64,000 nt of DNA from Candidatus Latescibacterota bacterium (GCA_965248435.1 OZ252100.1:4544001-4608000), one strand, 5' to 3'. Counted from the first letter of the stretch, positions 9,565-19,879 are shown. The notes: a model not told the origin generated them from the sequence alone. A program made the numbers and translations.

Positions 9565-10482
9565 ATGAAACTCGTAACGGCTTTGCACCACGCTGCGCTA
9601 CGCGTGGCGGACCTGGCCGAGGCCTTTGAACGGTGGTCACACCTCTACGGCTTGAACGGAGCGTGCTTTGATGACCACGCCCGTCTGCGCTGCACACACG
9701 AAGACTTTTGTCTGTTGCTGCTTCCGTCACCAAAGGAACCAGGGCTCGAGTATGTCGCCTACGAGCTCATGCCGGGCCTGACCCTGGGCGAGGCTGCGGC
9801 GGAGCTCTCCAGGCGTGGGGTGGAGGCCCGAGAGATTGGGGTCCCTGTGCGGGACAAGGGTCTGCGGCTTTCTGATGCCGACGGAAATGGCATTGTTCTA
9901 CTGGAGCGCCAAACGTCCGAGGACACGCGCCCCGCTGAAATGATCTTAACTGGGGAGGTGCCCGGCTTCCACCCGCGTCGTTTGGGTCACGTGAACTACC
10001 TGACAGAGGACGTAAAACGGGCCGAAAAATGGTACGTGGAAAAACTCAGCTTCTCAGTAACAGACTGGATTGGCGATGAGGGATTGTGGCTGCACGTGAA
10101 CCCGATTCACCACGTAGCGGCCTTCTTGCAAAAGGGATTCAACCACATTCACCACATCGCCCTTGAGCTGGTCGACTGGGGCGAGATGCGCGTCGCGTTG
10201 GACCATCTGGCAAAAAACGAGAGAAGTGTAACGTGGGGACCGGGCCGTCATGGCATGGCCCGAAACATCTTCAGTTACTTGCGTATGCCCGAGGAAGACA
10301 TCTTTGTAGAACTATACTGTGACATGCAGCAGCTGGAGATTGACCACGTGCCGTTCCGGCATCCGGACGCGCCGCATTCATCGAATACCTGGGGCATCCT
10401 GCCGCCGCGTACCTATTTCCGTTTTGATGAAGAAGCGATCCAAATGGAACGGGACCAGACTTACGCATATGCCATGCCGTAG
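9565..10482 (+). CDS. Type I extradiol ring-cleavage dioxygenase (VOC family)
   Basis: Two VOC domains; metal ligands RLGHVN, HIHHIALE, FVELY; GPGRHG motif. Confidence 0.85.
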   Translation: MKLVTALHHAALRVADLAEAFERWSHLYGLNGACFDDHARLRCTHEDFCLLLLPSPKEPGLEYVAYELMPGLTLGEAAAELSRRGVEAREIGVPVRDKGLRLSDADGNGIVLLERQTSEDTRPAEMILTGEVPGFHPRRLGHVNYLTEDVKRAEKWYVEKLSFSVTDWIGDEGLWLHVNPIHHVAAFLQKGFNHIHHIALELVDWGEMRVALDHLAKNERSVTWGPGRHGMARNIFSYLRMPEEDIFVELYCDMQQLEIDHVPFRHPDAPHSSNTWGILPPRTYFRFDEEAIQMERDQTYAYAMP

Positions 10483-10704
10483 AAATGGGTTCTTCGCCGA
10501 GTCCGATCATACTTTTGCCGGCCATCGCTGTAGGACCGGTCTCCTGACCGGGAACTGGCTTCACATTCTTCTTCTAAGGCCAGAATGCAATGCCGGCAAT
10601 CTCAGCACCTTTAACCTCGGGCCCTAGTCAACGCAATCGCCCTGTTCCCCGACTGGAGTCGGATCCTACAGTTATCGGTGCCTATTCCCATGAGAGTGGT
10701 TTTG

Positions 10705-11013
10705 ATGCCAAAATTCGTCACAGTAGCTCAGAAATCTGAAATTTCCAGCGAATCGGGACGATGCGTCGAGGTTGAGGGCAAGCGCATCGCGCTGTTCAAT
10801 CTGGGGGGCGATTTCTACGCGATCGATGACTCGTGTCCCCACGAAGGCGGACCACTCAGCGAAGGTTTCATAGAGGGCGAGGAGGTGGAATGCCCCTGGC
10901 ACGGCGCCTGTTTCAACATTAAATCGGGGGCGGTTACTGCGCCGCCGGCCTTCGAGGACGTCACCAGATTCAACGTACGGGTCACAGAGAACGATATAGA
11001 AATCGAGGTCTAA
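10705..11013 (+). CDS. Rieske-type [2Fe-2S] ferredoxin
   Basis: CPHEGGPL...CPWHGACF. Confidence 0.92.
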   Translation: MPKFVTVAQKSEISSESGRCVEVEGKRIALFNLGGDFYAIDDSCPHEGGPLSEGFIEGEEVECPWHGACFNIKSGAVTAPPAFEDVTRFNVRVTENDIEIEV

Positions 11014-11055
11014 CCGGGTTCAGAAATAGATTCAGCTGTCTGGCTGGAAAATGGC

Positions 11056-11084
11056 TTGACAGCACGATCACAATTTCTTAATCT
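11056..11084 (+). promoter_or_regulatory. Sigma70 promoter of the aromatic supercluster leader
   Basis: TTGACA-17nt-TAATCT. Confidence 0.7.
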
Positions 11085-11114
11085 TTATTACAGAGCATCA
11101 AAAGGAGACTGAAA

Positions 11115-11219
11115 TTGAACTTGCAAACGGGCAGCACGCTCTTTTGGCGCAACGCATACGATGGGTCCTTCTGGTATTACCGGCAAGGCGCGCGGGGAGC
11201 TGTATGCCCACCTGGTTAA
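11115..11219 (+). CDS. Attenuator leader peptide, 34 aa, Phe/Trp/Tyr-rich
   Basis: AGGAGA RBS (11103-11108), TTG start; MNLQTGSTLFWRNAYDGSFWYYRQGARGAVCPPG; below the ORF-track length cutoff. Confidence 0.82.
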   Translation: MNLQTGSTLFWRNAYDGSFWYYRQGARGAVCPPG

Positions 11220-11274
11220 CGAGGTTCTGACCGACCGATTCAGGGGCCGTGGGCATACGCTCACGGCCCTTTTT
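11202..11274 (+). promoter_or_regulatory. Transcription attenuator (antiterminator plus terminator)
   Basis: GTATGCCCAC (11202-11211) is the exact complement of GTGGGCATAC (11249-11258), which is also part of the terminator GGGCCGTGGGC-atac-GCTCACGGCCC-TTTTT. Confidence 0.85.
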
Positions 11275-11331
11275 ACGTTCATCTAAAGGCCTTGACAATG
11301 TTTTCATTCGTTTTTTCCGTAATGCTAAGCC

Positions 11332-11360
11332 GTAGAGACGCCCCGCCGGGGCATCTCTAC
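11332..11360. repeat. GTAG-type REP-like palindrome
   Basis: GTAGAGACGCCCC-GCC-GGGGCATCTCTAC. Confidence 0.7.
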
Positions 11361-11386
11361 AGGACATTCAAGGATCGGGTTGGATC

Positions 11387-12856
11387 ATGATTTCCCTCGA
11401 AAACGTTCGCGGTTTGGCTGATCGCGGAGGGTTGGTTCCGGTGTCTCGTAAGATTCTGGCTGACACCGAGACGCCTGTCTCGGCCTACCTCAAGATTCGC
11501 TCCAAAAGCCCATACGCCTTCCTGTTCGAAAGCGTGGAGGGTGGCGAGAAGATCGGTCGCTACTCGTTCCTGGGCGTCGGACCCTTTCTCATCTTCAGGT
11601 CGCGGGGCGCCGAAATCCAGGTAGAGGATCTGGAAAAGGGCGAAAAGAAGACGTTCGAAGGAGATCCGATCTCCGAATTCCGAAAGCTGTTGAAGCGTTT
11701 TCGTTCGGTACACGTGGATGGCCTGCCGCGATTTACAGGCGGCGCCGTCGGCTACGTCGGCTACGATGCGATCCGCCTGATCGAGGACATTCCAGACCAG
11801 ACGGTGGATGACATGGAACTGGACGATATCCTCTTTCTGTTCTTCGATACGCTGCTGGCGTTCGACAACATCCAACACCAGATTCATCTCATTTCGAACG
11901 TTCACACGAGTGGAAATCTGGAGGCCAGCTACCGAAGAGCGGTGGACCGGATCATCTCTCTGGAGGAGACCTTGCAGCGTCCGTCCCTGGTTACGCTTTC
12001 TAAAGGGGGGAGCGCCTGCGATGTGCGGTCAAACACCGAACCTTCGGATTATCTGGACAAGGTTCGTCGTTGCAAGGAATATATCGTTTCGGGAGACGTG
12101 CTCCAGGTGGTGCTCTCTCAACGATTTGAAACAGAAGTAACGGTAGATTCCTTAGACGTCTACAGAATGCTTCGTGTCGTGAATCCTTCACCGTATATGT
12201 TTCACCTGGATCTCAAAGACCTGCAGATTGTCGGCACGTCTCCGGAGTTGCTCGTTCGCGTAGAGGAAGGGGTCGTTCAGGTGCGCCCTATCGCTGGAAC
12301 GCGATGGCGGGGTCAGACGGAGCAGGAAGATCGTCACCTGGCCGATGAGCTGCTCGCCGACGAAAAGGAGCGGGCCGAGCACATTATGCTTGTTGATCTC
12401 GGCCGAAATGACGTCGGACGTGTGTCAGAATTCAACACGGTTCGCGTGACCGATCAGATGGTGATCGAGCGCTATTCACACGTGATGCACATCGTTTCGA
12501 ACGTGATGGGTGAACTCCGTAAGGACGTGGATGCGCTCGACGCCCTTTTCGCGTGCTACCCCGCTGGCACGGTTTCAGGGGCCCCGAAGGTTCGTGCGAT
12601 GGAGATCATCGACGAGCTCGAGCCGACCCGGCGGGGACCGTATGCTGGTGCCGTGGGTTACATCGACTTTTCTGGAAACATGGACACCTGCATCGCGATT
12701 CGAACGATGATCCTGAAAAACGGCAAGGCATACGTACAGGCAGGAGGAGGTATCGTGTTCGATTCGGTCCCCGAAAACGAATACCAGGAAACTGTGAACA
12801 AATCCCGGGCACTATTCCGAGCGGTCGAGCTGGCGGAGCGCGGGGAACTCAGATGA
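11387..12856 (+). CDS. trpE: Anthranilate synthase component I
   Basis: [48 protein letters not shown]. Confidence 0.96.
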   Translation: MISLENVRGLADRGGLVPVSRKILADTETPVSAYLKIRSKSPYAFLFESVEGGEKIGRYSFLGVGPFLIFRSRGAEIQVEDLEKGEKKTFEGDPISEFRKLLKRFRSVHVDGLPRFTGGAVGYVGYDAIRLIEDIPDQTVDDMELDDILFLFFDTLLAFDNIQHQIHLISNVHTSGNLEASYRRAVDRIISLEETLQRPSLVTLSKGGSACDVRSNTEPSDYLDKVRRCKEYIVSGDVLQVVLSQRFETEVTVDSLDVYRMLRVVNPSPYMFHLDLKDLQIVGTSPELLVRVEEGVVQVRPIAGTRWRGQTEQEDRHLADELLADEKERAEHIMLVDLGRNDVGRVSEFNTVRVTDQMVIERYSHVMHIVSNVMGELRKDVDALDALFACYPAGTVSGAPKVRAMEIIDELEPTRRGPYAGAVGYIDFSGNMDTCIAIRTMILKNGKAYVQAGGGIVFDSVPENEYQETVNKSRALFRAVELAERGELR

Positions 12857-13416
12857 TCCTGATGATCGATAATTACGATTCCTTCACGTATAACCTGGTC
12901 CAGTATTTGGGAGAGCTGGGGGCCGAGTTGGAGGTCCATCGCAACGATCAGATCTCACTTCAGGAAGTGGAAAGCCTTGCGCCAGAAAAGGTTGTGATCT
13001 CGCCCGGCCCGTGTACGCCGAACGAGGCGGGAATCTCAGTGGAATTGATTCAGGTGTTTGCAGGCCGGTTTCCCATTCTGGGGGTCTGTTTGGGACACCA
13101 ATCGGTCGGTCAGGCCTTCGGGGCCGACATCGTCGGCGCACCCACAATTATGCACGGCAAGGTTTCGGAGATATACCACGACGACAGGACGGTTTTCAAG
13201 GGTCTTTCGCAGGGCTTCGTTGCCACCCGCTATCACTCCCTTGTCGTGGATAGAGAAACACTGCCGGACTGTATGGAGGTCTCGGCCGAAACGTCGGAGG
13301 GAACAATCATGGGCGTTCGACATAAAAAGCTGCCCGTCGAGGGCGTCCAGTTCCACCCAGAGTCGATCCTGACTGGTGAAGGGAAAAATCTCCTTCGAAA
13401 TTTCTTGGAGGCCTGA
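12853..13416 (+). CDS. trpG: Anthranilate synthase component II (glutamine amidotransferase)
   Basis: [36 protein letters not shown]; ATGA overlap with trpE. Confidence 0.95.
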   Translation: MILMIDNYDSFTYNLVQYLGELGAELEVHRNDQISLQEVESLAPEKVVISPGPCTPNEAGISVELIQVFAGRFPILGVCLGHQSVGQAFGADIVGAPTIMHGKVSEIYHDDRTVFKGLSQGFVATRYHSLVVDRETLPDCMEVSAETSEGTIMGVRHKKLPVEGVQFHPESILTGEGKNLLRNFLEA

Positions 13417-13426
13417 GGGGATAGAA

Positions 13427-14440
13427 ATGGACATGCAGGCAGCAATTGCTAAAGTGATAGAGGGTGAGGATCTCACTCGCGGAGAAACCGTCGCAGTGAT
13501 GGACCAGATTATGTCCGGGAAGGCGACCGAGGCACAGATTGGTGCGTTTCTGGTAGCGCTCCGCCTTAAAGGGGAGACGGTGGATGAGATCGTTGGCGCT
13601 GTTGAAGTGATGCGTGAAAAAGCAACTCCAATAGAGACAAGTCACGACATCGTCGTCGATACCTGCGGGACGGGTGGCGACCGTTCAGGTACATTCAATA
13701 TCTCCACAACGGCCGCCTTTGTGGTTTCCGGCTCAGGATTATGCGTAGCGAAACACGGAAACCGCGCGGCATCGAGCCAATGCGGAAGTGCCGACGTGTT
13801 GAAGGCGCTCGGTGTGAACATCGAAGCAACACCGGAGAAGGTTGGCGCGTGCCTGGACAAGGTAGGTATCGGGTTCTTGTTCGCGCCCGCGCTGCACGGA
13901 GCCATGAAGCACGCCATCGGCCCGCGCCGTGAGATCGGCATTCGCGTGATCTTCAATGTCCTCGGGCCGCTAACGAATCCTGCGGGCGCACGTCGGCAGC
14001 TGATTGGGGTTTACGACAGTGATTTGACCGAGACGCTGGCCGAGGTGCTTGGGCAGCTCGGATCTGAGCGGGCCCTCGTGGTACACGGTCTGGATGGGTT
14101 GGACGAGATTACGCTGACGGGTCCAAGCCGAGTATCTGAGCTAAAAGACGGAGACGTAAAGAGCTACGAGGTTGCGCCGGAAGATTTCGGGCTTTCGCGG
14201 AGCAGCGCGGAAGATCTAAAAGGGGGAGATGCCGAGACGAACGCCGATATCCTCCGGTCCGTGCTGGTCGGTCAGAAAGGTCCGACACGGGATGTCGTCC
14301 TCCTGAATGCTGCCGCGGCCCTCGTCGCGGGCGGGAGAGCAGAGGATATCTCAACGGGGGTCGAGATTGCTGCGGGAGCGATCGATTCTGGAATGGCTAT
14401 GCAGAAGTTGGAAGGCCTGATTGCGGAAAGTAACACTTAA
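13427..14440 (+). CDS. trpD: Anthranilate phosphoribosyltransferase
   Basis: [30 protein letters not shown]. Confidence 0.96.
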   Translation: MDMQAAIAKVIEGEDLTRGETVAVMDQIMSGKATEAQIGAFLVALRLKGETVDEIVGAVEVMREKATPIETSHDIVVDTCGTGGDRSGTFNISTTAAFVVSGSGLCVAKHGNRAASSQCGSADVLKALGVNIEATPEKVGACLDKVGIGFLFAPALHGAMKHAIGPRREIGIRVIFNVLGPLTNPAGARRQLIGVYDSDLTETLAEVLGQLGSERALVVHGLDGLDEITLTGPSRVSELKDGDVKSYEVAPEDFGLSRSSAEDLKGGDAETNADILRSVLVGQKGPTRDVVLLNAAAALVAGGRAEDISTGVEIAAGAIDSGMAMQKLEGLIAESNT

Positions 14441-14442
14441 TG

Positions 14443-14620
14443 CCGTGGATCGTGGATCGACGTTCGTGGATCGTGAAAAGACCGGGTACCGGGTATCATA
14501 AGAGATCGGCGGTGTAGGGGCGACGCACGCGTCGCCCGGGGGAAAGCAAAATACGGGTACCGGGGTTCGGGTAAGAGATCGCGGATCGCGGATTTCGAAT
14601 TGGGGATTGCGGAATCGAAT
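14443..14620. repeat. Composite intergenic repeat: heptamer arrays plus GTAG REP
   Basis: GTGGATC, CCGGGTA and ATTGCGG-type units; GTAGGGGCGACGCACGCGTCGCCC at 14514-14537; similar layout at 28861-29016. Confidence 0.7.
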
Positions 14621-14793
14621 GCAGAACAGATGGATCACTTTATCGACAACCCCCCTGAATCCCTGAGTGCGGAGGCTGTAAGTTCGTTTTGGATCGCGCG
14701 TCCGTATATCGAAGGGTCGGGCATAGCGAGCATTAGTCGTCAACTTCCGTGGATCGCGGGGGATGGCGGGCAAATTCCAGGAAGATTGATAAC

Positions 14794-15585
14794 GTGGGTG
14801 GAATTCTAGACGAAATTATCGAGTACAAGCGAGCGTTCGTCTCGGAGGCCCGCAAGCAGGTGTCGATCGAGGAAATGGCACAAACGGCCGCGAGTCGCCT
14901 GCCAGGTTCTTCTTTCGCGGGGAGCCTTACGGCCAGTGAGGACGTTGCAGTGATCGCCGAGGTGAAGAAGGCGTCGCCCTCCCGGGGGGTTATTCGGGCC
15001 GATTTCGATCCGGTGGCGATCGCGAAGACCTATGCGTCACAGGGGGCGTCGGCCATTTCTGTCCTAACAGACGAAAAGTACTTCCAAGGATCGGCGGGCG
15101 ACCTGAGCCTTGTGCGCAAAGCGGTCAATATTCCAGTGCTTCGTAAGGATTTCGTCGTTGACGCCTACCAGGTTTACGAGGCGAGGCATTTGGGTGCCTC
15201 TGCTGTCCTGCTGATCGTCGCCGCCCTATCGGCCGGCGAACTAGGGAATTTCATCGATCTGTGCAGGGAAGTCCGGATTGATGCCCTGGTCGAGGTGCAC
15301 ACCGAAGCGGAACTCGAGGTCGCTCTCAGGGCGGAGGCAAAGATCATCGGGATCAACAACAGAGATCTCAGGACCTTTGAGACCGATCTGCAGACGACGA
15401 TGACGGTCGTAAAAAAGATTCCCAGCGGGACGATTGTGGTGAGCGAAAGTGGGATCTTTACCAGGGATGACGTGCTTAAGGTGCAGGATGTCGGCGTGGA
15501 TGCGGTGCTGATTGGAGAGGGTTTGATGCGGGAGGCCGATATGGGTGCGAAACTTCGTGAATTGCTGGGACGGCAGGCCGCGTGA
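14794..15585 (+). CDS. trpC: Indole-3-glycerol phosphate synthase
   Basis: ILDEII, IAEVKKASPS, SVLTDEKYFQG, LRKDF, GINNRDL, SESGI; GTG 14794 is the likely start. Confidence 0.95.
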   Translation: MGGILDEIIEYKRAFVSEARKQVSIEEMAQTAASRLPGSSFAGSLTASEDVAVIAEVKKASPSRGVIRADFDPVAIAKTYASQGASAISVLTDEKYFQGSAGDLSLVRKAVNIPVLRKDFVVDAYQVYEARHLGASAVLLIVAALSAGELGNFIDLCREVRIDALVEVHTEAELEVALRAEAKIIGINNRDLRTFETDLQTTMTVVKKIPSGTIVVSESGIFTRDDVLKVQDVGVDAVLIGEGLMREADMGAKLRELLGRQAA

Positions 15586-15592
15586 GGACGGT

Positions 15593-16213
15593 ATGGTTCA
15601 GGTGAAGATCTGCGGGATTACGAATCCGGAAGACGCCCTGTTCGCGGCTGAGCTTGGGGCTGACGCACTTGGGCTTATCTTCTATAACGAGAGCCCTCGC
15701 TATGTCAGCCCCGAATGCGCTGCTGAGATTGTGGCGGGATTGCCTCCGTTTGTTACCCCTGTAGGGGTTTTCGTGAATGAGGTTAAGGAGCGGACCGAAG
15801 AGATTGTGCGCCTCGTCGGCCTCAGGGCCATTCAGCTCCACGGCGATGAACCGCCCGAGGCCTGCAGCGGATACTCGATTCCTGTCATCCGGGCAGTACG
15901 CGTGGGTGACGAGCTCGATCTAGATGAGCTGAGCCGATACCCCGTTGAGACATTTCTGCTGGACACAGCCAGGGCGGGCTTGTATGGCGGCACCGGCGAA
16001 CCGTTCGACTGGTCAGTTGCGCGAAATGCTTCTTCGGCCAGGAGGATTATCCTGTCGGGTGGAATCGATCCTGAAAACGTTGCAGCTGCCATCGGGGCCG
16101 TCCAACCCTACGGGGTTGACAGCAGCAGTGGGGTGGAGGCTGCACCGGGACGCAAGGATCACCAGAAGCTGACGGCCTTCTTCGAGGCCGTTCGGTCTGT
16201 CGATGGTCGCTGA
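15593..16213 (+). CDS. trpF: Phosphoribosylanthranilate isomerase
   Basis: VKICGIT, QLHGDE, GGTGEPFDW, GVDSSSGVE. Confidence 0.95.
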   Translation: MVQVKICGITNPEDALFAAELGADALGLIFYNESPRYVSPECAAEIVAGLPPFVTPVGVFVNEVKERTEEIVRLVGLRAIQLHGDEPPEACSGYSIPVIRAVRVGDELDLDELSRYPVETFLLDTARAGLYGGTGEPFDWSVARNASSARRIILSGGIDPENVAAAIGAVQPYGVDSSSGVEAAPGRKDHQKLTAFFEAVRSVDGR

Positions 16214-16225
16214 TTCTTGAGACGA

Positions 16226-17503
16226 ATGGGGAACACCCAAGTGGATATCATAGAAGACCTGGAATTCAGGGGATACGTTTCCCAGAATTCCGACCCCGAG
16301 GGGTTGAAGCAGAGGCTCTCCACTGAACCCGTGACGCTCTACGCAGGTTTCGATCCGACGGCGGACAGTCTGCACGTGGGGAGCCTGATCCCCATCCTGG
16401 GGCTCCGTCGCTTCCAGATGGCGGGACATAGACCGATTGCACTCGTCGGCGGGGGAACGGGTCTGATCGGTGATCCGAGCGGCAGGGCCTCCGAGCGACA
16501 GTTGAACACCAAAGAAGTCGTGGACGGGTTCGTGGAACAGCAGAAGAGACAGCTGGAACAGTTTCTGGATTTTGAATCGAAGGGCAACGCGGCAAGCGTC
16601 GTAAACAACTTCACGTGGCTCTCCGAGCTCGGGATGATCGAATTCCTGAGAGATATCGGGAAGCATTTTCCGCTGGGATACATGCTTGCCAAGGAGTCCG
16701 TGGCGTCACGACTCGAGGCGGGCATCTCGTTTACGGAATTCAGCTACATGGTCTTTCAGGCGTGTGATTTCCTGGAACTGTTTTCCAGGTTCGACTGCGA
16801 GTTGCAGATCGGCGGAAGCGACCAGTGGGGAAACATTACGGCTGGGATCGAGCTCATCCGGCGGAAACTCGGGAAGCAGGCCTACGGGCTGACCTTTCCC
16901 CTGCTCGAAAAGGCGGATGGGAGCAAGTTCGGAAAGACGGAGTCGGATAACGTCTGGCTTGATCCAGTGAAATCGAGCCCATACCAGTTTTATCAATTTT
17001 GGATCAATACAGACGATCGCGATGTTATCAAGTTCTTGAAGATCTTCACGTTCCTCTCGAAAAAGGAGATCCTGGATGTCGAGGCAGAGGTCCTGGATCG
17101 ACCTGAAAAGCGGACGGCGCAACGCGTTCTGGCGGAGAGCGTGACGGAGTTGGTGCACGGGGCGGGGGCTACTCAGCGGGCAGCGCACATATCGCAGTCC
17201 CTTTTTTATGGCGACCTGGATAAGCTTTCAGCAGAGGAGATCGAGGAGGGGTTCAGGGATGTGCCCTCCTTCGCGCTCCAGAAGATGGACGGCATTGGGC
17301 TGATCGATCTCCTGGTGACGGCCGGCGTTTCGCCATCCAAGCGTCAGGCAAGAGAGGATGCCGGAAATGGTGCGATCACGATAAACGGGGAACGCTGCAC
17401 AGACCTCAATCGCCAGTTCGTCCCCTCAGATCGTCTGGGCGGAACCTATCTGGTCGTCCGGAGAGGGAAACAGAAATATCACCTCGTCCGGTGGGATGTT
17501 TGA
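16226..17503 (+). CDS. tyrS: Tyrosine--tRNA ligase
   Basis: YAGFDPTADSLHVG, QIGGSDQWGNI, KFGKT, C-terminal S4 domain; start could be 16217, 16226 or 16241. Confidence 0.95.
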   Translation: MGNTQVDIIEDLEFRGYVSQNSDPEGLKQRLSTEPVTLYAGFDPTADSLHVGSLIPILGLRRFQMAGHRPIALVGGGTGLIGDPSGRASERQLNTKEVVDGFVEQQKRQLEQFLDFESKGNAASVVNNFTWLSELGMIEFLRDIGKHFPLGYMLAKESVASRLEAGISFTEFSYMVFQACDFLELFSRFDCELQIGGSDQWGNITAGIELIRRKLGKQAYGLTFPLLEKADGSKFGKTESDNVWLDPVKSSPYQFYQFWINTDDRDVIKFLKIFTFLSKKEILDVEAEVLDRPEKRTAQRVLAESVTELVHGAGATQRAAHISQSLFYGDLDKLSAEEIEEGFRDVPSFALQKMDGIGLIDLLVTAGVSPSKRQAREDAGNGAITINGERCTDLNRQFVPSDRLGGTYLVVRRGKQKYHLVRWDV

Positions 17504-17546
17504 ATAGCGGATTTTGGATTGCGGAATGAAAGGGAAGTGATTCGAC

Positions 17547-18761
17547 GTGTCGTCTGTAAAACACACAACAACGCTGCCTGACGAACAGGGTCGTTTTGGG
17601 CCATATGGTGGCCGGTTTGTGCCGGAGACGCTGATGTGTCTCCTGGAGGATCTGGAAGCGGCCTACGGGGAAGCCAAGGATGACCCAGAGTTCAAGCGCG
17701 AGCTAGACACCTACCTTCGCGAGTACGTCGGTCGGCCAACACCGCTCTACTTTGCGGAAAGGTTGACCAAAGCGCTGGGAGGTGCGAAGATCTACCTGAA
17801 GCGTGAGGACCTGGCTCATACCGGGGCCCACAAAATCAACAATACGATGGGACAGATCCTGCTTGCCAGGCGGATGGGCAAGAAGCGAATCATCGCGGAG
17901 ACTGGCGCGGGTCAGCACGGGGTAGCCACGGCGACAGTAGCGGCCATGTTCGGTCTGGAATGCGAGATCTACATGGGGACGGAGGACATGGACCGGCAGG
18001 CGCTCAACGTGTTCAGGATGCGCCTTCTGGGGTCCAAAGTGACCGGGGTCACCTCAGGAAGCAGAACACTCAAGGATGCGATCAACGAAGCGATCCGGGA
18101 CTGGGTGACCAACGTCGAAACGACCTTTTACATTTTTGGTTCTGTGCTCGGTCCGCATCCCTATCCTATGATCGTCAGGGACTTTCAGCGTGTAATTGGC
18201 GTGGAGACCAGGGAGCAGATTCTAAAAGCGGAAGGGAGGCTCCCAGACTGCCTGATCGCCTGCGTGGGGGGTGGAAGCAACGCGATTGGGCTGTTTCACG
18301 AGTTTCTGGATGACAAGGAAGTGAAGATGATCGGTGTGGAAGCGGGCGGGCACGGAATTTCGACGGGGGAACACGCGGCGCGGTTTCAGGGCGGGGATCT
18401 GGGCGTCCTTCACGGGGCGCGTATCTATCTTCTGCAGGACAAAAACGGTCAAATCGCCCTTACCCACTCTGTTTCGGCGGGGCTGGACTACTCGGGCGTC
18501 GGTCCGGAACACTGTTACCTCAGAGATGAGGGACGGATCGATTATACCTACGCGACGGACGAGGAGGCCCTCGAAGGTTTTGAGAGGCTAAGTCAAACGG
18601 AAGGAATTCTGCCTGCACTCGAGAGCGCACACGCGATCGCAGAGGTCAAAAAGGTCGCTCCCCGCATGGAGAAGGACAGCATCATCATCGTCAATCTTTC
18701 AGGAAGGGGAGACAAAGACGTTCAGCAGGCTGCAAAGTTCTTAGGGGGGATGGACGAATAG
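17547..18761 (+). CDS. trpB: Tryptophan synthase beta chain
   Basis: [41 protein letters not shown]. Confidence 0.97.
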   Translation: MSSVKHTTTLPDEQGRFGPYGGRFVPETLMCLLEDLEAAYGEAKDDPEFKRELDTYLREYVGRPTPLYFAERLTKALGGAKIYLKREDLAHTGAHKINNTMGQILLARRMGKKRIIAETGAGQHGVATATVAAMFGLECEIYMGTEDMDRQALNVFRMRLLGSKVTGVTSGSRTLKDAINEAIRDWVTNVETTFYIFGSVLGPHPYPMIVRDFQRVIGVETREQILKAEGRLPDCLIACVGGGSNAIGLFHEFLDDKEVKMIGVEAGGHGISTGEHAARFQGGDLGVLHGARIYLLQDKNGQIALTHSVSAGLDYSGVGPEHCYLRDEGRIDYTYATDEEALEGFERLSQTEGILPALESAHAIAEVKKVAPRMEKDSIIIVNLSGRGDKDVQQAAKFLGGMDE

Positions 18762-18763
18762 AT

Positions 18764-19582
18764 ATCACGACCCGAATATCGAGGACCTTTCTCCGGCTCA
18801 AAGAGAACTCCGAGACCGGATTCATCGCCTACGTCACCGCAGGTGATCCTGACCTGAAGACGAGCGAAGCGCTCGTGCTCGAACTGGAGCAGCGTGGGGT
18901 AGATATCGTAGAACTGGGCGTTCCCTTTTCAGACCCGATGGCCGATGGGACGATCAACCAGGCCTCGGCTCAGAGGGCCCTTTTGCACAACGTCTCCCTT
19001 CTGGATGTTCTTGCCATGGCCGAACGACTTCGTGCTCGAACCGACCTCCCGATTGTCCTTTTCACATACTACAATCCGGTACACCATATGGGTCTTGAAG
19101 CCTTTGCGGATCGGGCCGCAGACGCAGGGGTCGACGGAGTTCTGGCACTGGATCTGCCTCCTGAGGAGGCCGGGGACTATAAGCGTCTCCTGAATAGAGG
19201 AGGTTTGGATACGATCTTCCTCGTAGCCCCGACCAGCAGGGAGCACCGGATCCGTTTGATCTCATCGGTTTCGACGGGATTCGTCTACTGTGTTTCTCGA
19301 ACGGGTGTTACTGGGGAACGCGAGGGACTTTCAGATAGAGTTCGGCCTCTGGTTGAAAGTGTGCGGTGCCACACGACTGAGCCGATCGCCGTGGGCTTCG
19401 GTGTGTCGCAACCCGATCAGGTCTCTGAGATCGCCGCCTACGCAGACGCAGTTGTCGTCGGGAGCGCAATCGTTCGGAAAATCGGGGAGGAGGCCGAGAA
19501 GGGCGGGAATCTGATCTCCAATGTGGGACAATTCGTGGAGACGCTCGTCGGGCCTTCAAAAGGGGTAACGCATGGACATTGA
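18764..19582 (+). CDS. trpA: Tryptophan synthase alpha chain (non-canonical start)
   Basis: ELGVPFSDPMADG, SRTGVTG, VGFGV, VGSAIV; conserved N-terminus TTRISRTF...GFIAYVTAGDPD lies in frame upstream of GTG 18875, with only ATC 18764 or ATA 18758 as candidate starts. Confidence 0.93.
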   Translation: MTTRISRTFLRLKENSETGFIAYVTAGDPDLKTSEALVLELEQRGVDIVELGVPFSDPMADGTINQASAQRALLHNVSLLDVLAMAERLRARTDLPIVLFTYYNPVHHMGLEAFADRAADAGVDGVLALDLPPEEAGDYKRLLNRGGLDTIFLVAPTSREHRIRLISSVSTGFVYCVSRTGVTGEREGLSDRVRPLVESVRCHTTEPIAVGFGVSQPDQVSEIAAYADAVVVGSAIVRKIGEEAEKGGNLISNVGQFVETLVGPSKGVTHGH

Positions 19583-19847
19583 GGACTGGCGAAAGAAGAT
19601 CGATGAACTGGATGCGAAGTTGTTGGAACTGCTGAACGAAAGGGTATCCCTGGCGCTGGAGATCGGTAAGATCAAGGCCACAAATGCAAAGCCAGTCTAT
19701 TCACCCGATCGGGAAGCCTATATTCGAAACCGTCTCAAGACGCTGAATTCGGGGCCGTTGCCCGATGAAGCTGTCGATCGACTTTTTCAGATGATCATCG
19801 ATGAGTCTCGGCGCATGGAGGAGGAGGACAGCGGAGCGGAGGAGTAA
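19572..19847 (+). CDS. Chorismate mutase, AroQ class
   Basis: R..IDELD..LLELLNER...A.EIG.IK...PVY.PDRE. Confidence 0.9.
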   Translation: MDIEDWRKKIDELDAKLLELLNERVSLALEIGKIKATNAKPVYSPDREAYIRNRLKTLNSGPLPDEAVDRLFQMIIDESRRMEEEDSGAEE

Positions 19848-19879
19848 AACCCTGGCCGGCAGGTAGGAGAGTTAGAGGG

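Noticed and set aside
11292-11326. Second TTGACA as an internal promoter bypassing the attenuator
   Set aside because: No acceptable -10 hexamer at 16-18 nt spacing.
11014-11386. T-box riboswitch upstream of trpE/tyrS
   Set aside because: No GGTGGNACC T-box sequence; the leader-peptide model explains the structures.
14600-14809. 69-aa ORF between trpD and trpC
   Set aside because: Starts inside repeat DNA, has no clear RBS or motif, and overlaps the trpC start.
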